This document shows positions 1 to 7,280 of a stretch of 28,249 nt of DNA, piece after piece. The position numbers and the translations under genes are program-made. Within the stretch, counting starts at the first letter, position 1. Every line of letters starts with the position of its first letter. Source of the DNA: Chthoniobacteraceae bacterium (GTDB lineage: Bacteria; Verrucomicrobiota; Verrucomicrobiia; Chthoniobacterales; Chthoniobacteraceae); assembly GCA_031409335.1 (NCBI GenBank), contig JANNWY010000070.1:1-28249 (forward strand), written 5' to 3'. A model generated the notes under the pieces. That model saw only the letters and a list, made by a program, of their open reading frames with translations. It was not told the origin of the DNA and searched no databases.

Positions 1-2636
1 CGCAAATTGCACGTTGGCCGGCGGGGTTGCGTGCATCCGGCCCTGATTCTCCGCGACGATGCCATCGACGGGATAACCCACCAGCGTCTTGAGCGCGGAT
101 GAAAGCAAAAACTCGTTGTCCGTGGCATCGCTCGCCAGATACCCACTGAAGCGCCCGCGCGCGGCGTCCTCTGTAAAATAGATCGCCGCCACATCAAGGT
201 GCTGCGATTGCGCTGATGAACTGCCGGGCGTCGCCTCCGCGATTCGCCGCGAGGCGTATCCGTCGAAGACATACGCACCACGCGGAATGAGTGGCTTCGG
301 CTCGTAGGTCCCGCGATCCCGCTGGAAGAGCCATTGCAACCCCGCCGCATAACTTAGCGCGCCATCGTCAAAGACCACATGCCCCGCCGTCGCCACCACG
401 CGCGCCCCTCCGGTTCGCATCAGATCGACCCTCACCGCAAAACCCGTGGCCACCCCCACACTGCTGCGGAGCTGCCCCACGAAGGCATAAGGCAGATTCG
501 TACTCGTCGAGACTGTTTCAAAAGGCAGCACACCCGGTGTCGTTCCACTCGGCGCATCCGCGAGGAAGTAGGTGGCCGTCGGTGCGCTCGGCGGGCCGTC
601 TTGCACCGGCACATTGAGCGGGGGCGGTGTCGTCCGCCCGGCCACCGGCTTGCACTCCACGAGATAGTTGCCCGGCACCAATCCCGTGACCAGCGCTCCA
701 CTGTCCCGCCAAGTCGGCGAGGTTGCATCGTTTGGAGCCGTCGGATCGCCCTCCCCGAGCAGCCGCCACTGCGCCCGCACCGGCTGCGCGACTCCGGCCG
801 CGGCCAGCGCATCCGGTTTCAGAGTGACCGTCAATCCTCCGCTACCCACCGTTTCGGCTTCGTAGTATTCCTTCTCCAGTTCCACCTGTGCCCCGCCGCT
901 GATCACACTCACCGTTTCCGGCGGCGGCTGGGTGTAACCCGGCACCGGCCGGAACTCGACCGTCCGGTCCCCCGTCGTCAACCCACCCGCCAGCACTCCC
1001 GAAGCCCGCCACTGCTGCTCCCCCACAAACCGCCACCCGAACCCCGTTACACCACCAGGAATCAGCGTCACGAACACACTTCCCTGCCGCTCCCCAAACC
1101 CCACCAACCCAGGAAATTGCTGCGTAAAACCCGAAAGAAGATCCAGCACAAGAGGCATTGCCGCACTCACCCCCACGCCCCCCGCACTCGTCCCCTTCAC
1201 GCGGTAGAAATATGTCGCCTGCTGCGGCAGTCCGCTCAACGTCGCGCTCACCGCGACAGGAGCGCTGCCATTCACCGTCAGCGGTGTCGCCACCACGTTG
1301 TTTGGGAAATTGACCCCATCGGTCCCATACTCAAACACCACGGTAGTCAACGCCGCCAGCGCATTGACTGTCCCGTGAAGCGTCGCGCTGCTCGAAGTCA
1401 CAGCCGTCGGTGCCAACGCCAACGGCACGGGGTCCGTCAGCGTGGTAAAACTCTGCACACCGCTGACCGTCGTTCCTCCCGCATTGGTGGCCACGATCCG
1501 GTAGAAAAAAGTCGTTCCAGGAGGCAGACCGGTCGCAGTAAACGTCACCGGCATCGGGCTATTTCCCAGCACTAGCGGTACGCTGGACGATGTTTTGAAG
1601 ATAAAGCCATCATCCGTGGCATACTCGAAAGTCACAGTCGCACCGTAGTTGCGCGCGTTCACCGTGCCGTTCAAAGTCGCGCTGCCATTGGCATTGGTAT
1701 TCGGGCTCGCCAAGTCCCGCACGATCGCCGTGGCGGGCGTGGCTACTGCCAGTGGTCCAGCGAGCGTGGAAAAACTTGTTACCGGGCTGACTGTCGTTCC
1801 CGCACTGCTCACCGCGCGAAAGCGGCAGAAATAGGTCGTCGCTTCGGCCAGCGGGTCCAGCGTGGTGCCGACGAGCTGGGTCTGGTAGCCACTCAGACTC
1901 GCCACGACCGGCACCGTGTTCAGAAAACTCACGCCGTCGGTTCCGTATTCGAGGGATACTACAGTCGCCGCACCCCGCGCATTGACGTTGGCGTCCACCA
2001 CAACGCTTGCACCGCCTTGGAGCGAGACGTTTCTCACCGCGACTGTGGGGGCGCCGGCAAAGATCAAGCGGTAGATGGTGCCATCGCCACCAGTGCCGAA
2101 TCCAGAGGTCGTTCCATAGAGATTTCCATCCGCAGCGACGATGAGATTCCCCAATGGATTGTCACCATCTGATCCCCCAAGGAACTCTCGTATGGTCGTC
2201 AGGTCCCCCGCAGTTGTCATTTTGAACACCGTCCCAAGGCCGTTCGCTCCGCCTAGTTTAGTCGTCCCGTAGAAATTGCCGTCAACGCCCTCCACCAAAC
2301 CCGCAACGGGCTGTCCCTTGTTCGTTACCCCATCGCCGGTGAATTCCACCAGCGTCATCAGCGCCCCCGCAGGTGTCATCTCGAAGACCGTGCCAAGGCC
2401 ATGCGCACCCCCATTTCGAGTCGTCCCGTAAAATTTGCCGCCAATGCCGCGCACCAAGCCCGCATATGGGTAAGCGCCCTTGGACGCCCCCCCGTCGCCG
2501 GTGAACGTCACCAAAGTCGTCAACGTTGTTCCCTCGGCTGTTCCGTTGGTAGTCAATTTGAACACGGTGCCTAGGCCGATCGTGTCGTTTTGTTGTTCAG
2601 TCAGCCCGTCCGTTGTCCCGTAGAAAGCGCCGTCGC
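1..2636 (-). pseudogene. C-terminal continuation of paralog A (3 more GloVer repeats, 3 FN3-like domains, PEGA-like domains, trypsin-like protease domain); runs off the window edge
   Basis: Manual translation gives an open frame from YGTTDGLTEQQNDTIGLGTVFKLTT through GTIYRLIFAGAP, GWRFVGEQQWRASG, VVATAGHVVFDDG (His codon 379-381), QHLDVAAIYF and KTLVGYPVDG to MHATPPANVQFA at base 1. It is colinear with paralogs B and C. Absent from the ORF track, probably because it has no stop in the window. Confidence 0.88.
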
Positions 2637-4400
2637 TGTCCCGTAGAAAGCGCCGTCGCTGTCCCGCACCAAGGCCGCATGAGGATACGCGCCCTTTCGC
2701 TCTCCCACGATGCCCGTGAACTCCACCAACGTTGTCAACATCGTTCCCTCGGCTGTTCCGTTGGTAGTTATCTTGAACACCGTGCCAATGCTGTTCGCAC
2801 CACCCCGTTCTGTCGTTCCGTAGAAATTCCCGCCGCTATCCTGCACCAAGCGCGCATAAGGGCGAGAGCCCTTGTTCGTCCCGCCGTTGAAGGTGAACTC
2901 CACCAAGGTCGTCAGCACGCCCGCAGGCGTCATCTTAAACACCGTGCCATGGTTATTCACGCCGCCGTGTGTGGTCGTCCCGTAGAAGTTGCCGTCGCTG
3001 CCCTTCACCAAGCACTGACGCGGGAAACTGCCGTTGTTCGCCCCCCCAATGCCAGTGAACTCCACCAAGGTCGTCAGCAGCCCTGCAGGCGTCATCTTGA
3101 ATATCGTGCCAACGCCGTTCGTACCGCCGTTAACAGTCGTCCCGTAGAAACTGCCGTCGGTATCCTGCACCCCCTGAAAAGGATACACACCCTTATTCGA
3201 CACTCCGTTGACGGTGAAATCGACCAAGGTCGTTAGCACCCCAGCGGGCGTCATCTTGAACACCGTGCCACTACCGATCGGACCGTTCGCGCCGCCCGCG
3301 TAAGTCGTCCCGTAGAAGTTGCCGTCGTTGGCCTGAATCAAGCCCGCACGCGGGTAAGCGCCCTTGTCCGAAGCCTCGTTTCCGGTGAAACTGACCAGCG
3401 TCTGCAGTGTAGTGCCGGAAGGGGTTCCATCTGTGGTCATCTTAAATATTGTGCCAAGGCCGTTCGGGCCGCCGTATTCAGTCGTCCCATAGAAGTTGCG
3501 GTCGCTACCTTGCACCAAGCCTGCACTAGGTGATCGGCCCTGGTTCGACGCCCCGATGCTGGCGAACTCCACCAAGGTCGTCAGCAGCCCTGCAGGCGTC
3601 ATCTTGAACACCGTGCCAGTGTCATTCACGCCGCCAATGTAAGTCGTCCCGTAGAAGTTGCCGTCGTCGCCCTGCACCAAGGCGGCCTCGGGATCACGCC
3701 CCTTGTTGGACGTCGCATCGCCCCTGAACTCCACCAAGGTCGTCAGCGTCCCCACACTCGTCATCTTGAACACCGTGCCATAGCCGTATTCAAGATTGCC
3801 GGGATTTTGCCCAAACGTGCCACCCTGGGAGGTTGTGCCGTAGAAATGCCCGTCAGCCCCCTGCACAAGCCCGCCGGGGCGCCGTCCCTTGTTGCTGGTG
3901 CCGTTGTTGCTGAACTCCACCAAGGTCGTCAGCGCGCCATGCGGCGTCACCTTGAACACCGTGCCAAAGTTATTCGCACCGCCTTTGCTAGCCGTTCCAT
4001 AGAAGTTGCCGTCGCCGCCCATGCCATGCACCAAGCCTGCGATAGGGCGAGAGCCGTTGTTCGCTCCCCCGATGCCGGTGAACTCGACCAAGGTTGTCAG
4101 CACCCCGGCAGGCGTGACCTTGAACACCGTGCCATAGCCGGCCTCATCGCCTGCTCCGCCTTGTGCACCGCCTTGTTCAGTCGTCCCGTAGAAGCTGCCG
4201 TCGCTGCCATGCAATAAGCCCGCATAAGGGTAAGCACCCTTGTTCGCCCCCCCGATGCCGGTGAACCTAACCAAGGTCGTCAACACTCCCGCAGGCGTCA
4301 TCTTGAACACCGTGCCAAAGCCGCTCGGGCCACCGCTTCGAGTCGTCCCGTAGAAGTTGCCGTTGCTGCCCTGCACCAAGCCTGCAAGAGGGACCGCGCC
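2060..4400 (-). repeat. Intragenic GloVer repeat array of paralog A
   Basis: 14 copies once the frameshift is corrected; recurrent gtcatcttgaacaccgtgcc...gtcgtcccgtagaagttgccgtcg. Confidence 0.88.
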
Positions 4401-4556
4401 CGTGTTAGCTATGTCCGCCGCTCGCGCCTCGGTGAAGTCGAACGTCTTCTCATACACCTGCCCGGTAGCAGCGGGAGTCAACGCTAACAAGTAAAGGGCG
4501 AGGATTGAAACGATCCGACTGAAAACCACCCGAAGGCGCAAAAGATTCTGACTCAT
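2601..4556 (-). CDS. N-terminal part of paralog A: signal peptide plus about 11 GloVer (Gloeo_Verruco, TIGR03803-like) repeats, truncated by a frameshift
   Basis: 651-aa ORF with signal-like start MSQNLLRLRVVFSRIVSILALYLLALTPAATG/QVYE and tandem ~54-aa repeats P-x-AGLVQGSDGNFYGTTxxGG...GTVFKMTPAGVLTTLVEF. Ends in an out-of-frame tail (ATALSTGQRTG*) after the duplication at 2614-2659. Confidence 0.9.
   Translation of the reverse strand: MSQNLLRLRVVFSRIVSILALYLLALTPAATGQVYEKTFDFTEARAADIANTGAVPLAGLVQGSNGNFYGTTRSGGPSGFGTVFKMTPAGVLTTLVRFTGIGGANKGAYPYAGLLHGSDGSFYGTTEQGGAQGGAGDEAGYGTVFKVTPAGVLTTLVEFTGIGGANNGSRPIAGLVHGMGGDGNFYGTASKGGANNFGTVFKVTPHGALTTLVEFSNNGTSNKGRRPGGLVQGADGHFYGTTSQGGTFGQNPGNLEYGYGTVFKMTSVGTLTTLVEFRGDATSNKGRDPEAALVQGDDGNFYGTTYIGGVNDTGTVFKMTPAGLLTTLVEFASIGASNQGRSPSAGLVQGSDRNFYGTTEYGGPNGLGTIFKMTTDGTPSGTTLQTLVSFTGNEASDKGAYPRAGLIQANDGNFYGTTYAGGANGPIGSGTVFKMTPAGVLTTLVDFTVNGVSNKGVYPFQGVQDTDGSFYGTTVNGGTNGVGTIFKMTPAGLLTTLVEFTGIGGANNGSFPRQCLVKGSDGNFYGTTTHGGVNNHGTVFKMTPAGVLTTLVEFTFNGGTNKGSRPYARLVQDSGGNFYGTTERGGANSIGTVFKITTNGTAEGTMLTTLVEFTGIVGERKGAYPHAALVRDSDGAFYGTATALSTGQRTG
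2614..2666. repeat. 23-bp perfect tandem duplication with 7-bp microhomology, causing the frameshift in paralog A
   Basis: TGTCCCGTAGAAAGCGCCGTCGC at 2614-2636 and 2637-2659, followed by TGTCCCG at 2660-2666. Removing one unit restores DSDGAFYGTTDGLTEQ. Confidence 0.93.
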
Positions 4557-4659
4557 GGGATTTGGGTTCTTGGTGGGTTTTCGTTGTCTATTTCTTTGCC
4601 TCTGAACTTCCGCTCTCGAAGCAGTATGAAAGGGGTGATTCCGGCTGGGTCATCGTCTC

Positions 4660-4872
4660 GGGGATGTCATCAAAATTTCCATCACTGGCGCGTGAGCGTA
4701 AATCGGCTGCTGGTGACTTTCGTGGGAGACGGCTCGGCGTCGGTGACAAACGAAGCCTGAGCGCGGCGAAGGCCGTCGAGCCGATCCCGCCCAAAAACAA
4801 AGCCGTGGTGAATTTCACGAGGCAGATGCGATGCCGGGGGAGGGATGGATGCACGCGGGGATGCGAAGCGGG
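4660..4872 (-). repeat. Decayed copy 1 of a GloVer-gene 5' end (signal-peptide N-region plus ASDGNFD fragment)
   Basis: 4799-4871 is similar to 6201-6272 (ASHPRVHPSLPRHRICLVKFTTAL vs MKTASHHPLHPSLPRHRISIVKMT). 4668-4690 (catcaaaatttccatcactggcg) matches 5342-5364 and encodes ASDGNFD. Confidence 0.7.
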
Positions 4873-4876
4873 GAAA

Positions 4877-4936
4877 GTGACACGGGTTTTCCAGCCCGTG
4901 AATCTCGCCATGCACCGACTGGAAAGCCGATGGCAC
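4877..4936. repeat. REP/REPIN-like element of two inverted palindromic arms
   Basis: Left arm gtgacacgggttttccagcccgtg (4877-4900) and right arm caccgactggaaagccgatggcac (4913-4936). Each arm is a hairpin and they are imperfect inverted copies. A sibling element is at 5467-5565. Confidence 0.7.
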
Positions 4937-5004
4937 AGGACCATCGCAGTAAGACCGGGCCGTGGGGAGAACATGACCGGAAAAAGCCGCACCCGCTTTT
5001 CGCC

Positions 5005-5253
5005 CTACCCCTGGGGCGCGGCACCCTGTTGAGCCGACTCGGGCTGCGGCTTGTAGTTCAAGCGCGTGATTTGCGAGATGCTGATGTGATCCACCTGCCC
5101 ATCGCGCTGCTCGACGAAGACCATGAGGCCGGTGTGCAACATCCACGCGTAATCGTGGTGATGGACGACGATTTCCTGCCCGTCAGCCGTGAAGATCGAG
5201 AAAGGACGGAAAGGCTGCGCACGCAGCATGGAGCGGAGTTCATCGGCGATCAT
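5005..5253 (-). CDS. Small hypothetical protein (82 aa, PFRPF motif)
   Basis: MIADELRSMLRAQPFRPFSIFTADGQEIVVHHHD... is protein-like and resembles small hypothetical proteins I recall from Planctomycetota/Verrucomicrobiota. Function unknown. Confidence 0.75.
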   Translation of the reverse strand: MIADELRSMLRAQPFRPFSIFTADGQEIVVHHHDYAWMLHTGLMVFVEQRDGQVDHISISQITRLNYKPQPESAQQGAAPQG

Positions 5254-5465
5254 GGCGGGAGAGTAGGATGAGGAATATCGGCAGGCAAGCAGACGTTTGA
5301 AAAGTGAATGAGGCCAACCGCGCCGCCGACTTCGGTGGAACCATCAAAGTTTCCATCACTGGCGAGGAGGAGCTTGCCGGAAGGGAAGTTGCCCGCCGCC
5401 GTGTCCTGGAGCGAGACGAGCCTTTCCAAAACCTGCCCCCGCGCCCCCGCCGCGAGGAGGAGCAG
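5250..5465 (-). repeat. Decayed copy 2 of a GloVer-gene 5' end
   Basis: Encodes LLLLAAGARG/QVLERLVSLQDTAAGNFPSGKLLLASDGNFDGSTEVGG...PTLPP*. 5356-5465 matches 6061-6170 at 104/110 nt by manual count. The stop overlaps the ATG at 5251-5253 (ATGA). Confidence 0.85.
5254..5265 (-). promoter_or_regulatory. Possible -10 element for a leaderless transcript of the 82-aa gene
   Basis: The minus strand reads TACTCT-CCCGCC-ATG, a TANNNT hexamer 6 nt before the start codon, with no Shine-Dalgarno sequence. Confidence 0.35.
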
Positions 5466-5466
5466 A

Positions 5467-5565
5467 GTAACACAGGCTTTCCCCATCGACAGGCTCAGGG
5501 CCTTGAGCTTGGCGAAACGGCAGCCTGTGAGCCCGCCCACGCACCGGCTGGAAAGTCTGTGCCAC
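5467..5565. repeat. REP/REPIN-like element with a second hairpin nested in its left arm
   Basis: gtaacacaggctttc [39-bp insert 5482-5520, hairpin tcgacaggctca..tgagcttggcga] cagcctgtg ... caccggctggaaagtctgtgccac. Confidence 0.7.
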
Positions 5566-5581
5566 CTTGAGCGCGCCGCCT

Positions 5582-5782
5582 TCACAGGCCCAACTCGCGC
5601 GCGACATCCTCGAAAGGCCGGGTGGGTGCGCCGCCTTCCTCGCGTTTGGCTTCCCGCAGGGCGAGCAAGTCCTCGGCATCGTCGATCCATGCGCGCATGG
5701 CGATGTATTCCTCGTAGGGCAGGACGACGAATTCTTCGCGCCCGTTTTTTCGCAGGATTTCAGGGTGCAGTTCGATGGGCAT
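5582..5782 (-). CDS. Type II antitoxin (Phd/YefM- or RelB-like, 66 aa), partner of the RelE toxin
   Basis: MPIELHPEILRKNGREEFVVLPYEEYIAMRAWIDDAEDLLALREAKREE...FEDVARELGL; acidic and directly downstream of relE. The start is the ATG at 5780-5782; the 160-aa track ORF is over-extended. Confidence 0.85.
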   Translation of the reverse strand: MPIELHPEILRKNGREEFVVLPYEEYIAMRAWIDDAEDLLALREAKREEGGAPTRPFEDVARELGL

Positions 5783-5802
5783 GGTGTGCGGTATTTGGAT
5801 GG

Positions 5803-6051
5803 TCAGCGATAAGCCTCGCGGCGATGGAGGATGCGATAAACGACGACGGCGTCGTTTTCGATCTCGAAAAGGACGCGGTAATCGCCCACGCGCAACCGGT
5901 AACTCGGGACGAATTGAGTGAGGCGCTTTACGTCGCCCTGCAAGTCTTCGCGCAAAGCACGGAGTTTTTCCGCCACGCGCTCCTGCTCCGCGCGAGGCAG
6001 CGCCCGGATGTCTTTTTCGGCTTTGGGCTTGAGGTCGAGGGAGTAAGTCAT
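5803..6051 (-). CDS. relE: RelE/ParE family type II toxin (82 aa)
   Basis: MTYSLDLKPKAEKDIRAL...VKRL...YRLRVGDYRVLFEIE...VVYRILHRREAYR carries the canonical RelE motifs. Confidence 0.93.
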   Translation of the reverse strand: MTYSLDLKPKAEKDIRALPRAEQERVAEKLRALREDLQGDVKRLTQFVPSYRLRVGDYRVLFEIENDAVVVYRILHRREAYR

Positions 6052-6279
6052 GCGACGCGATCACTGGCGAGGAGGAGCTTGCCGGAAGGGAAGCTGCCCG
6101 CCACCGCGTCCTGGAGCGAGCCGGGCCTTTCCAAAACCTGCCCCCGCGCCCCCACCGCGAGGAGGAGCAGGCAACCCATGATGGCGCTACTGCCGCGCAT
6201 AAAGCCGTGTCATTTTCACGATGCTGATGCGATGCCGGGGGAGGGATGGATGCAGGGGGTGATGCGAAGCGGTTTTCAT
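6048..6279 (-). repeat. Decayed copy 3 of a GloVer-gene 5' end (most complete, with its own ATG); includes a 43-aa mini-ORF at 6048-6179 overlapping the relE start
   Basis: ATG at 6277-6279 gives MKTASHHPLHPSLPRHRISIVKMT; after a frameshift it reads MGCLLLLAVGARG/QVLERPGSLQDAVAGSFPSGKLLLASDRVA*. The TGA overlaps the relE ATG. Confidence 0.82.
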
Positions 6280-6301
6280 GGGGGAGGAACGCGAGAGCTT
6301 T

Positions 6302-6704
6302 TTAGAACAGCGCGTGGAAACCCGCTTCGGTGAAATGCCGGTCATTCGTGAACGCCCGCCGCAGTCCGAGCCGGCGCATGACCGCGAAGGACAGTTCATC
6401 GACGAGACCGGGCGCGCCGGGGAATCCGCTCTGGTAGTGTTCCCAGGCTGTCTCGAAGTCCGCCTCGGTCGGATGAATCAGGCCGCGATACGAGGCCAGC
6501 AGCGTCCGCAGATCGACGACGGATTCGCGAAAAGGCCGACCGCGCGGTGGCGTTCGCACATTCAGCCAGTACGAAGGTCGTGGTGAAAAGCGTGGCGCGC
6601 TCCCGCTTCACCGCTGTGAAGGCAGTCGAGGCCGCGCTGTGCCATTGGTCATCTTCATTCCAGACGGCTAAAAGCCCCACGGTGTCGAGGAACACTGGGC
6701 TCAC
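6302..6704 (-). pseudogene. vapC: PIN-domain VapC toxin with a +1 frameshift near 6540
   Basis: N-half MSPVFLDTVGLLAVWNEDDQWH...TTTFVLAECANATAR and C-half RPFRESVVDLR...GLVDELSFAVMRRLGLRRAFTNDRHFTEAGF are in different frames. The 403-nt span equals 134 codons plus 1 nt. PIN acidic motifs are intact. Confidence 0.88.
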
Positions 6705-6913
6705 GGCTGATGCTCATTGTGGCGCTCGGCGGTGTCGTGGCACCCTGAGCGAAACCGTCGTGAGAGCACTTCGTAAACGGCGTCGAGGGTCGCCGGGTCT
6801 GGCTCCGGCAAGGGGGCCGAGAGCGAAAGCTCCACCCGCGAATGCTCCGGGAGATCGACCTTCTCCAGCGGGCGAAAAACGCCGTGCTCGTAGATGGCGG
6901 TGACGGTGCTCAT
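6701..6913 (-). CDS. DUF104/AF2212-like antitoxin (70 aa), upstream partner of VapC
   Basis: MSTVTAIYEHGVFRPLEKVDLPEHSRVEL fits the AIYE-GVF-PL..V.LPE signature; GTGA overlap with the vapC start. Confidence 0.88.
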   Translation of the reverse strand: MSTVTAIYEHGVFRPLEKVDLPEHSRVELSLSAPLPEPDPATLDAVYEVLSRRFRSGCHDTAERHNEHQP

Positions 6914-7035
6914 GGGCGGGAGGAAAGCAGAGAATGGCCGTTAGCGCGACGTGAAAGTTTCGGACCGCAGTCCGAGCCGCCGATCTCGGATGAGCCATAA
7001 AAGTTCCCGCTACTGGCGGGGAGGAACAGTGTGAC
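6910..7035 (-). repeat. Decayed copy 4 of a GloVer-gene 5' region
   Basis: Encodes VTLFLPASSGNFYGSSEIGG (compare LLLASDGNFDGSTEVGG). The frame runs to a TGA overlapping the antitoxin ATG at 6911-6913. Confidence 0.65.
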
Positions 7036-7280
7036 ACGGCCTTTCCTCTTCTGCTGGCTCAGGCGGGGCGGGCGATGAGGTGGATGTCGCGCTCGGCCGC
7101 GCCATGACAACGATCCGCGTGAAGCGCCCATTCATTTTAGCGGCCTGCGGCCAGTTGCTCTTCATTGCGCGGCGGAGCGACGCCATCCACCTTTCCAAAT
7201 CACGCCGGCGCCGACTTCGGGGACTCCCTCTGAGAAAATGTTTGTCGGACGCCGCTGGAGAAGCGCATCTTCCCAGCGCT

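Noticed and set aside
379..1575. Long plus-strand ORFs (also 14603-16159, 16445-18259, 18816-20258, 20301-22598)
   Set aside because: Arg/His-rich antisense shadows of the GC-rich minus-strand genes, with no recognisable motifs of their own.
4562..5271. ORFs 4562-5032, 4588-4992, 4682-5146 and 4831-5271 as genes
   Set aside because: They read through REP elements and gene remnants, or are antisense to the 82-aa gene.
4660..7050. Classical integron
   Set aside because: No tyrosine recombinase and no recognisable attC R''/R' boxes; the spacers are protein-coding remnants.
7080..7280. Extended N-terminus of the 1284-aa ORF
   Set aside because: A good signal peptide starts at the ATG at 7281; the extension is not protein-like.
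6920..7280. Crp-type binding site in the divergent region
   Set aside because: A TGTGA half-site near 7030 has no matching TCACA half at 6-bp spacing.
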